Shown: positions 36,134-46,280, counted from the first letter of the stretch. The stretch: 64,000 bases of DNA from Candidatus Latescibacterota bacterium (GCA_965215195.1 CBDCDC010000002.1:2720001-2784000); one strand, 5' to 3'. The notes: a model not told the origin generated them from the letters alone. Numbers and translations are program-made.

Positions 36134-37351
36134 GTGTCTTTTGACAACTAAAGTTATGGATGCGATATTCATGTCGAATCTCCAGCGCGAACTGATACCT
36201 GAGGAGTCTAGATATGAAGAAATATATCGTGCGTCTCCCCGACGAAGCGCGTCAGCAGTTAGAAGCTCTGGTCAGCACAGGTCACGCCCCAGCCTACAAG
36301 ATCAAACACGCGAATATACTTTTGAAAGCCGATGCAGCAGGGCCCTGCTGGACAGATAGGGCTATTGCGGAAGCATTCGCCTGCCATAGAGTCACCGTCG
36401 AAAACGTTCGGAAACGTTTTGTAGAGCACGGGATGCAGGCGGCCTTAGAACGTAAAAAGCGCGTACAGCCGCCCCGCGAGAAGATTCTGGATGGAGCCGG
36501 TGAAGCCCGTTTGATCGCGCTGGCTTGTAGCCATCCCCCCGAAGGACGCAACCGCTGGACATTGGAGTTACTGGCCGACACGTTGGTCGAACTCAACGTG
36601 GTGGACTCCATTTCGTATCGCACGGTGGGACGGACGCTAAAAAAAACGAATTGAAGCCGCATCTGCGTACCTGTTGGGTGATTCCACCTGAACAAAATGC
36701 AGCCTTTGTAGCCTGCATGGAAGATGTTCTGGATCTGTATCATCGGCCCTACGATCCGAAAAGGCCTTGGGTGTGCATGGATGAGCAGCCCATCCAGTTG
36801 ATTGGAGAAACCCGTATCCCGCTGCCCGCACGGCCTGGACACCCCCAACGGTATGATTACGAATACGCGCACAATGGCACAGCGGTCAATTTTCTGTTTA
36901 CAGACCCCTTGGCCGGTTGGCGCAAGGTCAATGTGCGCTCACGCAAGACCGCTGTGGACTGGGCTTTTGAAATCAAAGAGCTATTGGAGGTGGATTATCC
37001 AGATGCTGAAGTGGTCTTGGTGGTGTGTGATAATCTCAACACGCACACGATTGCCGCTTTGTATGAAGCGTTTGAACCGGCCCAAGCGCGCCGGTTAGTT
37101 AGACGACTTGAGTTGCATTACACCCCCAAACATGGCAGTTGGCTCAATATCGCTGAAATTGAGTTGCGCATTTTGTCCCAGCAATGTCTAAATGCGCGCA
37201 TACCCGATGAAGAGACCTTGAAGGCGGAAACCCACGCTTGGGAACAGGCACGCAACGAAAACCAGAAAGCCGTGGACTGGCGGTTTACCACCGATGATGC
37301 GCGCATTAAACTGAAACGGCTTTACCCAAAATTTTAAGTGTCAATAGATAC
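36134..37351 (+). mobile_element. IS630-family insertion sequence
   Basis: Imperfect TIRs GTGTCTTTTGACA / TGTCAATAGATAC; TA duplicated at a CTAG site. Confidence 0.9.
36214..37337 (+). CDS. IS630 transposase (orfA HTH plus orfB DDE, joined by a probable -1 frameshift)
   Basis: orfA 36214-36654 (PPEGRNRWTL) and orfB ending 37337 (CMDE, CDNLNTH, TPKHGSWLNIAEIE). An A8 run lies at the junction (LKKT). Confidence 0.88.
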
Positions 37352-37358
37352 TAGTGGG

Positions 37359-38207
37359 CTACAAGCTAAATTCCGCGATGGACAAGCGGACGAATCCATT
37401 TTCATCGGGTTGCAACCCGTGCCACTGAACCAGCAGGTTGAAGGTGGCCATGGCAAAGCTCAGATGCGCTCTAAAGTAGGCCCAGGCTCGATGGGTCTGT
37501 CGCTTGAAGTGCCCGATGCGGGTCAGCATGGAAAAGACGGTCTCGATGACCATACGCTCGCCCCACGTTTTGCGGGGACACACTTTCAGATTGGCCGGAT
37601 CACCGGCTTTGGCATGAAAGCCTTGGTCGCTGAGGAGGATCATCTGCTCTTCGTAGCGGCCAATCATCGGGTGAAAGACCGTATCGTGGACATTGGCGGT
37701 ATTACAATCCCAATCGACGATCAAGCCCCATTGGTTGACGATCAAGCCCAGCTTGCCGCCGACGATCCAGCGGTGATTGGACCGCCCTTTCCGGCCGATA
37801 GGGTGAGCGGAGCGGCCTTCGCGTACTGGATGGATCAACTCGATGCCATAGCTATCGATCACGCCTAAAGGGGTGGGGTCCGCTCGAAAGCGATCGGTCC
37901 AGTCCGCATGGGCGGCAAACAGGCGGAACAAGCGGGTGCGCTCGGGCAGGCGCGGAAAAAAGGCGCGCCAATCGCGCGCTACCCAGCGATAAAACGCCCG
38001 TTTGCCGCCCCCTTTGAGCGCATACAGAACCGCCAAGGTCACCGTTTCGCTGGGATATAAGGCGGCTTGGGGGTGTTTGGGCACATCGCCCATCTGGTGG
38101 TCGATTCGACAGAACAGGGCTATTATAAACTCGGCCGTGGTCATGGGACGCTCCTTCGCTGAAAGGGGGGATACCCTCAGCGTAGGAACTACCTTGACCA
38201 CGGTCAA
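37359..38207 (-). CDS. IS982-like DDE transposase
   Basis: LPERTRLFR, VIDS, LSDQGF, RMVIETVFS; near-identical to 49093-49941. Confidence 0.8.
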   Translation of the reverse strand: MTVVKVVPTLRVSPLSAKERPMTTAEFIIALFCRIDHQMGDVPKHPQAALYPSETVTLAVLYALKGGGKRAFYRWVARDWRAFFPRLPERTRLFRLFAAHADWTDRFRADPTPLGVIDSYGIELIHPVREGRSAHPIGRKGRSNHRWIVGGKLGLIVNQWGLIVDWDCNTANVHDTVFHPMIGRYEEQMILLSDQGFHAKAGDPANLKVCPRKTWGERMVIETVFSMLTRIGHFKRQTHRAWAYFRAHLSFAMATFNLLVQWHGLQPDENGFVRLSIAEFSL

Positions 38208-38252
38208 CTCACTAGCACCATTGGTTTATAGAACTGACGTTACGCAGTGCCT

Positions 38253-38495
38253 CTACTCGGCGGCGTTTAACAGGGACCTAAAGGCTTCGAGGCTGGGCAC
38301 CTGTATGGCCGCCCGAAACAACTGATTGAGGCGCTGCACATCGTCAATCGCTCCAACGCGAGTGCCTAATGGATCCGACGCGGCCAGCCCAAAGCGAATC
38401 GCCAGCACGTCGAGCAGATCTTTAATGGCGCGTTCTCGACCTCCTTGCTCAATGCCCTTCTCCGTGAAATACTGCACTACCGACGATTCGTACAT
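38253..38495 (-). CDS. Stand-alone C-terminal domain of an Rpn-family (YhgA-like) protein
   Basis: MYESSVVQYFTEKGIEQG...LLDVLAIRF...IDDVQRLNQLFRAAIQVPSLEAF. SD GGAGGAG lies just upstream of ATG 38495; the nuclease domain is absent. Confidence 0.6.
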   Translation of the reverse strand: MYESSVVQYFTEKGIEQGGRERAIKDLLDVLAIRFGLAASDPLGTRVGAIDDVQRLNQLFRAAIQVPSLEAFRSLLNAAE

Positions 38496-38739
38496 AGTCT
38501 CCTCCGAGATGATGGTCATGATGGTTTCTACGTTATACACCAATCCGCTTCGCGCCAAGGCGGTGGTTCAGAGGGGCGGAGGGGGATAGGAGGTGCTGGA
38601 GTGTAGCGAAAAGGATACAGGGATGGGAAGTTGGGGACAAAAGCGGCGTTAGGAATACGACAAAATGCAGCCCACATTCTTGCCATCGGCGCGGCGGAGT
38701 GCGTATCTATATGGCAGCTCTTTGCGAGAGGAAGAGACC

Positions 38740-40530
38740 GTGAAAACGCTAAAAGGCCAAACGCGCACTGCACCGCCGCTATGGGCGGTCTTGGAGCGGC
38801 GACTGATCGACGCTATCGACGAGGCGGCACCGATCTTTTTGGAGAAGTACACCCGCCCCGGCGGGGCGCTGATCTGGATGGAAGAAAACCCCGGCGACGG
38901 GGTCTGGGCCGACGATCTGTACGAGGCATTCTTCAACTGGCCTCATTACTATGCCCTAGGCGGCAGCGAGTACACGGGCGTCAAGGCCCTAGAGGAATGG
39001 AACGCCATTACTCGGCAGCTAGAGCACGACTACGGCCGCGTCACCCGAGAGTTTATCAACGACGACGACTGGTTCCACAACGCCGAAAACTACATCTACT
39101 TCTATCACTTGGGGATGGCCGATCCGACCAACGCCGAGACGCGCCGCCGGGCGCAGCGCTTTGCCGGATTTTACTTAAACGACGACCCAGCCGTGCCCAA
39201 CTACGACCCCGAGCACCGCATCGTGCGCTCGCCTTGTAGTGGCAGCAAGGGGCCGCTCTTCCAAATGCGGCGCGGCGAAATCCGCTACGACCTCACTCAC
39301 GACCACGCCACGTTGGGGCCGGGCTCTGATTTGCCCGCCAACTGGTGGGAGGACCCCGAGACTAAACGCCGCGTTGAGGAGTGCTTTGACCAAGTGGTCA
39401 TGCAGGGCGACGTGACCGTCAACTTAGGCGTCACCGCGCTGGTGGCAACGGCCTTTCTCCACACCGGCGCGGCGCGGTATCGGGAGTGGATAGAGGAATA
39501 CGTGGGGGCTTGGATAGAGCGCACCGAGGCCAACGGCGGCATCGTCCCGGACAACATCGGCCCCAACGGCATGGTCGGCGAGATGCGTCAAGGGCAGTGG
39601 TGGGGCGGGCTGTACGGCTGGACCGGGCGCTATGGACACGGCATGATGGCCCACGCGATCACTGCGGCCGTGGAAGCCGCGCTGTTGGTCACGGGCGAGA
39701 CCCGCTACTTAGACCTGCTCCGCATGCACTTAGATGCGCTAGTTGAGCACGGCCGCGAGCAAGGGGGGCGGCTGCTCGTGCCCTACAAGCACGCGGATGA
39801 GGGTTGGACCGATTTCAACCCCATCAATCCCAATGCGCCGATTCACTTGTGGGCTGCGTCCATGGAGGAGCGGGACTGGCAGCGGCTGGAGACCTTGCGC
39901 CGAGGGGCCGAAGGCGAGTGGAGGCAAGTAGGGCAGCGCGGCCCGCGCTCGCTCGACGACCGCGCTTGGACCCGCTTCTTAGCTGGCGAGTCCCCGGATT
40001 ACCCCGAGCGCATCTTGCAGGCCAACTACCGAGAAGTCTGCGACCGCATCGCCAAGGTCATGGGCGATGAACAGGATCTCACTAAGCTCGACGTGCATTG
40101 GTGGCAGCAGGTCAACCCAGTGGTCACTGAAGCCTTGGTGCAGCTAACGACCGGCGCGCCGCAGACCATCTACTGGGGCGGGTTGGCGCAAGGGCGGGTG
40201 CGCTATTTCGACAGCGAGCAGCAGCGGCCGGGTTTGCCCGCGGACGTAGCCGCCTTGGTGACCGGCCTCAGCAGCGAGGGTGTAGAGCTGACGTTGGTCA
40301 ACTTGAGCGCGAGCCGCCTGCGGCACGTGATCGTCGGCGCTGGCAGCTTTGGCGAGCACTGCTTTGGCCGGGTGCGCGCCGGCAGTGAGGTTCTCGACGT
40401 GGATAGCACCTATTTCCAAGTCGAATTGGCACCGGCCAGCCAAGTCGAGTTGTCGCTCGCCATGCAGCGTTACAGCCAGCAGCCCAGCTTTCGCCAGCCT
40501 TGGCACGGCGAACAGATTCCATATCGCTAA
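38740..40530 (+). CDS. Hypothetical protein (aromatic-rich, possibly an alpha/alpha-toroid enzyme)
   Basis: Long GC-biased ORF (track start 38665; GTG 38740 follows GAGGAAGAG). Motifs ADDLYE..NWP, DWFH, GQWWGGLYGW. Function not recognised. Confidence 0.7.
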   Translation: MKTLKGQTRTAPPLWAVLERRLIDAIDEAAPIFLEKYTRPGGALIWMEENPGDGVWADDLYEAFFNWPHYYALGGSEYTGVKALEEWNAITRQLEHDYGRVTREFINDDDWFHNAENYIYFYHLGMADPTNAETRRRAQRFAGFYLNDDPAVPNYDPEHRIVRSPCSGSKGPLFQMRRGEIRYDLTHDHATLGPGSDLPANWWEDPETKRRVEECFDQVVMQGDVTVNLGVTALVATAFLHTGAARYREWIEEYVGAWIERTEANGGIVPDNIGPNGMVGEMRQGQWWGGLYGWTGRYGHGMMAHAITAAVEAALLVTGETRYLDLLRMHLDALVEHGREQGGRLLVPYKHADEGWTDFNPINPNAPIHLWAASMEERDWQRLETLRRGAEGEWRQVGQRGPRSLDDRAWTRFLAGESPDYPERILQANYREVCDRIAKVMGDEQDLTKLDVHWWQQVNPVVTEALVQLTTGAPQTIYWGGLAQGRVRYFDSEQQRPGLPADVAALVTGLSSEGVELTLVNLSASRLRHVIVGAGSFGEHCFGRVRAGSEVLDVDSTYFQVELAPASQVELSLAMQRYSQQPSFRQPWHGEQIPYR

Positions 40531-40682
40531 GAAGCCGTCTGAAAATTCCGGGTATCGTCCTTCACGTGCAGAAAATCGAGGGGCGCGGGCGTCTCGCCCT
40601 CGTAGAACGCTCCCTCCGAGGGCCGCTCGACCGCTGCTCAACGCTTTGTCACGCCTAAAGGCGCAGTGAAGCAGACAACTTC
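40531..40682 (-). mobile_element. MITE copy 2 (152 bp, inverted)
   Basis: GAAGCCGTCTG...CAGACAACTTC with TAA on both flanks; contains the reverse complement of the copy 1 left end. Confidence 0.8.
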
Positions 40683-40705
40683 TAACAAAATTAGGAGATG
40701 AGGCC

Positions 40706-41452
40706 ATGGACCAAGCCGACCGCGATTTTTTTGCCGCAAACGGCTATCTCAACCTAGGGCAGGTGCTGGACGACAGAGAAGCGCAATACTTCCGCGCCAT
40801 GTTCGATGGAGATATGGAAAAGTATCCCTATTTCTGGCACCGCTACGGCTACCACCAACACGCCAACTACGAGGCACTGATCACCTCGCCGCAATTCGAC
40901 GAACTGATCCGCCATCCGAAGATCTACCCGACGATCGAGGCCCTAATGGGCGGGCCGCTCTGCTTTGGCGAGATCGGGCTGCGGCTGATGCGGGCCTACG
41001 ATGGCCCGTTGCACCAAGGTTGGCACCGCGACAGGCCGCATTGGGACGAGCATCCGTTCCGCATGGACTACATCCAGCTCATGGTCTATCTGTCCGATGT
41101 AGACGAGGGAACGCATTGTTTTTCCCTGTCCCCGGAGTCGGTAAGCCAGTCGGTGCTCGAAGATAGGGAGGAGCAACTCAAGCGGGGCGGCGAGTACCAC
41201 TTGCACGGGCCGGCCGGGACCTGTGCGCTGTTTAACGTGGCAGTGCTGCACACGGCGACGACGCGGCCCACGCAAGCCGAGCGGCGGACCGCGCAGATTT
41301 ACTACGGGCATCGCAGCCGGGCACCGCTGGCGAACGATTCGACTATTCCAGCGGCGTTTTGGCGAGAGAGCGAAGATGCGGAGACGCGGGCTTTTTACGG
41401 AGTTTTGAACGAGCGCACCAAGGCGTATTTGGCGGCCTTCCCCGGCGCTTGA
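40706..41452 (+). CDS. Phytanoyl-CoA dioxygenase (PhyH) family protein
   Basis: FFAANGY, WHRD, YLSDVD, LSPES, VLHTA...RRT. Confidence 0.82.
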   Translation: MDQADRDFFAANGYLNLGQVLDDREAQYFRAMFDGDMEKYPYFWHRYGYHQHANYEALITSPQFDELIRHPKIYPTIEALMGGPLCFGEIGLRLMRAYDGPLHQGWHRDRPHWDEHPFRMDYIQLMVYLSDVDEGTHCFSLSPESVSQSVLEDREEQLKRGGEYHLHGPAGTCALFNVAVLHTATTRPTQAERRTAQIYYGHRSRAPLANDSTIPAAFWRESEDAETRAFYGVLNERTKAYLAAFPGA

Positions 41453-41465
41453 CCCATTCCCCTCC

Positions 41466-42677
41466 TTGAGGGCGGGGAGATGGCGAGATCAGGTTATTTT
41501 GCACACCCCCCTGTTGAACATCGCACTCACTGACTTAGTGGACATTGCAGTCGTCGGTCTGCTGCTTTGGGGTCTAATAGCGTGGACCCGCCGAGTGCAT
41601 ACGCGGATGGCCCTGCTCGGCTTGGCTTTTTTGGGCGTCTTCTACCTGATAGCGCAGCAATTCAAGCTGCAGCTAACAACTTGGATATTCCAAGGCTTTA
41701 TCCCGGTGCTATTAGTGGTGGTGGTGATAGTCTTTCAAGATGATTTGCGCCGACTCTTTGAGCAGATCGCCGCGCTCGGTCTGCGCCGCAAGGGTCCGAG
41801 GCTGGACGAAACCAGCATAGGGAAGCTGAGCAGGGGATTGGATAGGTTGGCGAAAAAAAAACGCGGCGCCTTGGTGGTCCTGCCGGGGCGCGAGCCGATA
41901 GAACGACATTTTTTGCAGAGTGGGGTCCCGCTGGACGCGGAGATCAGCGAAGAACTCCTCGACAGCCTTTTCGACCCGGGTTCGGCTGGACACGACGGCG
42001 CGCTGGTGATGCGCGACAATAGGCTTGTGAGCTTTGGGGTGCATTTGCCGCTTTCCGAGAATAGGGACGAGATGAAAGGGGGCGGTACGCGGCACGCGGC
42101 CGCGTTGGGCCTAGCCGAACGCAGCGATGCCCTGTGTCTGGTAGTCTCAGAGGAGCGCGGCACCATTGGGATCGCCGCGCGGGGGCAACTCGAGATTCTG
42201 AACGCTTCGGACCCGGGCAAATTGTCGAACAGGATCAGAAGCTACTTGCAGCACACAGGGCCCCAAGTGAATGCCCGCCGGGTGGAGTGGCGGCGGTTGG
42301 GGCGGCGTCTGGCGGAAGGTCTTTTGGCCTTGGCCTTGGCCTTGGGCGCGTGGCTGGTCTTGGTGCCGGGCGCAGCGGTTGAGGAAGCGGTGCTCCAAGT
42401 GCCCGTGGACGTGGAGAACATGCCCGAAGGGTATGCACTAACGGCCGTCAAACCTTCAGAGGTGGAGATCGCGGTGACCGGCCTGCGGCGGGCCTTGTTG
42501 TTGGCGAGCAATGCGGATTTCGAGGTCGTCATTGACGCCCATCTCGTCAGGTTGGGGCGGCGGACCTTTGAGGTGTCCGCCCAGTCCGTGCGCCATGCAA
42601 CCGGATTGGAGGTCACCAGCGTCAAGCCAGAGAAGGTAAAACTAACCGTGCATAAAGCGCTAGGAGATGAGCGATAG
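41466..42677 (+). CDS. Diadenylate cyclase (CdaA/DacA) fused to a C-terminal YbbR-like domain
   Basis: 3 TM segments, IVFQDDLRR, HDGA, GTRHAAA, VVSEERG, then a TM segment and VPVDVENMP...VKP.EV.I (YbbR-like). Confidence 0.85.
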   Translation: MRAGRWRDQVILHTPLLNIALTDLVDIAVVGLLLWGLIAWTRRVHTRMALLGLAFLGVFYLIAQQFKLQLTTWIFQGFIPVLLVVVVIVFQDDLRRLFEQIAALGLRRKGPRLDETSIGKLSRGLDRLAKKKRGALVVLPGREPIERHFLQSGVPLDAEISEELLDSLFDPGSAGHDGALVMRDNRLVSFGVHLPLSENRDEMKGGGTRHAAALGLAERSDALCLVVSEERGTIGIAARGQLEILNASDPGKLSNRIRSYLQHTGPQVNARRVEWRRLGRRLAEGLLALALALGAWLVLVPGAAVEEAVLQVPVDVENMPEGYALTAVKPSEVEIAVTGLRRALLLASNADFEVVIDAHLVRLGRRTFEVSAQSVRHATGLEVTSVKPEKVKLTVHKALGDER

Positions 42678-42750
42678 CGGCGAAGAACGCGCTTTGAGCG
42701 GTGCGGCGGCCCCTACAAGAGACTGCGAACCGAGGGCTGCGTAACGTCAG

Positions 42751-45700
42751 TTAGTCGGGGTTATCTGCTCTCTCTTTTTTGCGGAATGGAATGCCGAGTT
42801 TCCGCAGGCGGCTGCGCAGGGTGTTGGGATGGAGGCCGAGTAAATTAGCGGCTCCTCGGGGGCCGGAAATGACCCCATTAGTGTGGTTCAGCACACGGGT
42901 CAGGTATTGGCGCAGGTGATCCGCAAGCGGCACAATGGCGAATGCACTTTCGCGCTGGTAGGGTCGGGTCGCGCCGATGCCTTGGGCGAAGTGGTCTGGC
43001 TCGAGGGGGCCTCGACGGGCGGCGATGACGGCGCGCTGCACGGCGTGTTCCAACTGGCGCACATTGCCCGGCCAGTCGTAGGCTTGCAGGACTTCGATCC
43101 CGGCGGGGCTGATGGGCGCGACAGGCTGGTTGAGTTGAGCCGCAAGCTGCGTGGCAAAATGGTCCGCAAGAAGCGGAATGTCTTCCGGGCGTTCCCTCAG
43201 AGGGGGAATACGGAGAGCATAGCCTTCGAGCCGATAGAACAGATCGGCGCGGAAGGTTTGGTTGACGATGGCCTGTTCGAGGTTGTCGTGGGTTGCGGCG
43301 ATGACGCGGACATCAACGGGGATGGCTTGGTTGCCGCCGACTCTGTATAGCCGCTGTTCCTGTAGCACCTCCAGCAAGTTCGCCTGCACATCGAGGGCGA
43401 GATCGCCGATCTCATCGAGGAACAGAGTCCCTTGGTTGGCCCGTTCAAACTTGCCGATGTGGCGGTCGTGCGCCCCGGTATAGGCACCTCTTTCGTGGCC
43501 GAACAACTCGTTGTTGACCAGTTCGCGCCCCAGTGTGCCGCAGTTGACGGTGACAAACGGCGCGTCTCGGCGCGCACTCAACTCGTGAATCGCTTGGGCG
43601 GCAAGGCTCTTGCCGGTGCCGGTTTCGCCGAGTAAGAGCACGGTCAGGTCCGTCTCGGCCGCCTCGAGAAAATCGGCTTCCACTTGGCGCATAACGTCGC
43701 TCTGTCCTACGAACCAGCGTTGGAGTACGGCCATGCGGGCGTCGTCGGTGACCTCGAAGTGGACCCTAACTTGCTCGGAATAGGTGAGGTCCCGGTCGAC
43801 GGCTTGGAGACAGAACGCGTACGTCCCCGGCGGGAGCGGCGGGTACTCCACTTGGGTCTCGGCCGTCTGACGCCACGCCGACGTTAGGCCGTCGAGGCGA
43901 TAGCGGTAGATCAGATGAGCGGGCGGATCGAGTGGGCTGGTGCCCGCAAAGCGGATGCGGACGCTATCAGCCGTACTGGGAAAGCGGATCGCTTCTTGGT
44001 CAGCGGCGACCTCGTAGGCGGCATCGGCCTCTACGCTCACGACGACCGCCTGTGGAGATATGTGCCGGGGCGCGTACCGCACTACGCCCCCTTTGGTCGC
44101 CAGATAGAGTGCCCCGTCGCGGCCTTCCGCGAGGTCGCGGACGGTGTTGCACCAGCGGGGCTCAGGCACCTCAACGTGTTGGAAAACTTGGCCGTCGTAG
44201 CCGCATAGCCCACGGCCTTCAGTGCCCATCCACAGCCGCCCGTCGCCGGCTTGGAGGACGCTGGTGACGGTAGCGCACGGCAGCCCGTCGGCTTGGGTGA
44301 AATGACGAATTCGCCCCTCGTTTAGACACAACAAGCCTCGGTTGGTCCCTATCCACAGCCGCCCATCGGCCCCCTCATACAAGGCAAAGATCAAGCAGGC
44401 GGGCGCATCTACTTTTGCACACGTGGTGCCGTCGAAGCGGTATAGCCCGTGCCCTTCGTCCGCAGAGTTTGACCCCAACCACAGATGCCCTTGACGGCTC
44501 CAAGCGAGGGCGTCAATCTGGGTGGGAGTCGCCGAACCGAACCAGCGAACCTGCCCGTCCTCGACACAGCCCAACCCGCCTATGCGCTGATAGGCAAACC
44601 AGACCCGGCCAGATGCGTCCATCGCAAGGGCCGAAATGGAGTCCGGCGACGCGGGTTGGTGCATCAAGTCCATCTGCTGGCTGTCGCAGTCATAGCGGTA
44701 TAGGCCCGTGCCGGTGCCCCCAAACCATACGCGGTTGTCGCGATCGAGGCATAGAGCCGTGATCTTTTCGCATCCGGGGACGGCTATTCTCTCGACACTG
44801 CTCCGTTGGGTGTCAAAACGGACGAGGCCGCCTTCGGTGCTAGTCCACAAGGGGCCGGCGTCGCTCTGGGCAATGCTACTTGTCGCTGGCAGCCCTTGAT
44901 CTGAGCCGAAGACTTGCAGGCGTTGGCTGTCGTAGCAGTGCAGGCCCCTATCGCGGGTGCCTACCCACAACCGCCCGAGGCGATCGACGCACAAACCCCG
45001 CGAGAAGGACAGGTCGCCCCGGTACGCGAAATCCATTTGCTCGCCATCGCAACAGGCCAAGGCCCCCTCGTAAGAGGGCAGGTATATGGTCTCGGAACGA
45101 GGATCCTCTGCAATGGCGAGAAAGTGAGACTGGCGACTGGGCTCCAGCAGGCGGAACTCCCGGCCGTCGAAGACAAAGACGCCGACAGTGGTGGCCAGCC
45201 AAAGGGTGCCGTCGGACCGCGCCAACAAGCCCGTCACCTCGGCGTTGGGGGCTATCTCGTTAAATCGCGCATGTCTGTGAGGTGTGTCACTCATGCGGTC
45301 GTAGGAGTACAGGCTGCGGCCACCGCACCAGATCGTCCCCTGAGTGTCGATAGCTAAGGCGTAGATGCTTTCGCCGTGGAGGGGGGCGCGATCGGTTAGG
45401 GCGATGAGTCTGAGTTGCTGCCCGTCCCAATGCGCTAGCGCGGGAGACGAGTGGAGTTGCTGCTCCAACCCGAACCAGACCCCACCCTCGTCGTCGGCAC
45501 CGCCGCAAAGAAAACTGTGGGACAAACTGGCGGCCAAGGGGTGAAATCCCTCATCGTCGTACCAAGTAAGGCCGCGGTTGGTGCCCAACCACATCTGACC
45601 GGCCACATCCTCGACGATGCTATGCACTCCGTTGCCGGAAAGGCCGTCTTGGTGCGTAAAGGTCGCCACCGTCTTCTGGTCGAAGCAGGCGACGCCGTGG

Positions 45701-45816
45701 TCGCTCGTACCAATCCACATGCGGTCATGGCGGTCTTGATAGAGACACTCGATGGAGGCGTCGGGCAGTCCTTCGGCTGTAAAATGAGACCAGACCCCTG
45801 CCGTTCTGTCCCACAT
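42751..45816 (-). CDS. Sigma-54 enhancer-binding protein with Reg_prop beta-propellers and Y_Y_Y domain
   Basis: Repeated DxxGRxWIGT blades; YRYRLDG...LPPGTYAF (Y_Y_Y); [44 protein letters not shown]; Fis-type HTH. Confidence 0.9.
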   Translation of the reverse strand: MWDRTAGVWSHFTAEGLPDASIECLYQDRHDRMWIGTSDHGVACFDQKTVATFTHQDGLSGNGVHSIVEDVAGQMWLGTNRGLTWYDDEGFHPLAASLSHSFLCGGADDEGGVWFGLEQQLHSSPALAHWDGQQLRLIALTDRAPLHGESIYALAIDTQGTIWCGGRSLYSYDRMSDTPHRHARFNEIAPNAEVTGLLARSDGTLWLATTVGVFVFDGREFRLLEPSRQSHFLAIAEDPRSETIYLPSYEGALACCDGEQMDFAYRGDLSFSRGLCVDRLGRLWVGTRDRGLHCYDSQRLQVFGSDQGLPATSSIAQSDAGPLWTSTEGGLVRFDTQRSSVERIAVPGCEKITALCLDRDNRVWFGGTGTGLYRYDCDSQQMDLMHQPASPDSISALAMDASGRVWFAYQRIGGLGCVEDGQVRWFGSATPTQIDALAWSRQGHLWLGSNSADEGHGLYRFDGTTCAKVDAPACLIFALYEGADGRLWIGTNRGLLCLNEGRIRHFTQADGLPCATVTSVLQAGDGRLWMGTEGRGLCGYDGQVFQHVEVPEPRWCNTVRDLAEGRDGALYLATKGGVVRYAPRHISPQAVVVSVEADAAYEVAADQEAIRFPSTADSVRIRFAGTSPLDPPAHLIYRYRLDGLTSAWRQTAETQVEYPPLPPGTYAFCLQAVDRDLTYSEQVRVHFEVTDDARMAVLQRWFVGQSDVMRQVEADFLEAAETDLTVLLLGETGTGKSLAAQAIHELSARRDAPFVTVNCGTLGRELVNNELFGHERGAYTGAHDRHIGKFERANQGTLFLDEIGDLALDVQANLLEVLQEQRLYRVGGNQAIPVDVRVIAATHDNLEQAIVNQTFRADLFYRLEGYALRIPPLRERPEDIPLLADHFATQLAAQLNQPVAPISPAGIEVLQAYDWPGNVRQLEHAVQRAVIAARRGPLEPDHFAQGIGATRPYQRESAFAIVPLADHLRQYLTRVLNHTNGVISGPRGAANLLGLHPNTLRSRLRKLGIPFRKKERADNPD

Positions 45817-45838
45817 AAACGATATCCTCCCTTAGTCA

Positions 45839-45883
45839 CGATATATGGTGAAATTGCGATATATGGTGAAATTATCCATATCG
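45839..45883. promoter_or_regulatory. Tandem 17-bp direct repeat plus inverted half-site; candidate UAS/operator
   Basis: CGATATATGGTGAAATT at 45839 and 45857, followed by CCATATCG. Confidence 0.6.
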
Positions 45884-46026
45884 TTGTTTTTCTTTAAGTT
45901 AAAGAGATTTAGGGCCGTATCCAAGCAAAAAAACACTAAATGCCGTGGTTTTTGACGATTTTCGCAAAAATGCGACAATATATCTAATTTACTATTTATA
46001 AAGGACTTACAAGAATAAGTTACTGT

Positions 46027-46042
46027 TGGCACGATAATTGCA
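46027..46042 (+). promoter_or_regulatory. Sigma-54 (-24/-12) promoter
   Basis: TGGCAC-GATAA-TTGCA matches TGGCAC-N5-TTGCW exactly and is divergent from a bEBP gene. Confidence 0.88.
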
Positions 46043-46101
46043 ATTATTGTATGTAGAGCAACGGACACTACATCGGAAAAATAGGCAACGGTAGGCTTTA
46101 G

Positions 46102-46278
46102 ATGTTGACCTCGTTTAACGCGCCGATTTGGGCCCTGCTGCTCAACGCGTTCGTACTCACCTGTTTTGTTCTGCTGGTGTTGTGGTCGGTTTTGCGTCCG
46201 GGTCGCTCGGCGGCCACCGAGGCGAGTTGGGACGCCTCGCAAGGGCTGTCATCGCTGCAGCAATTGCTAGGGGGCTAA
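46102..46278 (+). CDS. 58-aa single-TM protein, possibly a MauE/DoxX-like remnant
   Basis: Manual translation MLTSFNAPIWALLLNAFVLTCFVLLVLWSVLRPG...; stops 2 nt before the next ATG. Confidence 0.45.
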   Translation: MLTSFNAPIWALLLNAFVLTCFVLLVLWSVLRPGRSAATEASWDASQGLSSLQQLLGG

Positions 46279-46280
46279 CG

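Larger units (their letters stand above)
36121..38225 (-). mobile_element. IS982-like element copy 1, with IS630 nested in one IR
   Basis: Ends ACCAATGGTGCTAGTG...CACTAGCACCATTGGT; TTATA on both flanks. Confidence 0.85.

Noticed and set aside
36094-36147. N-terminal extension of the Xre antitoxin in the ORF track
   Set aside because: The predicted start lies inside the IS ends, so the first residues are not native.
35397-38250. Integrative element or prophage at tRNA-Leu
   Set aside because: No integrase and no duplicated tRNA 3' end was seen; only ISs and TA remnants are present.
40534-40543. GCCGTCTGAA (Neisseria DNA uptake sequence), also reverse-complemented near 2248
   Set aside because: Both occurrences are part of the MITE terminal repeat, and the motif was not noticed elsewhere.
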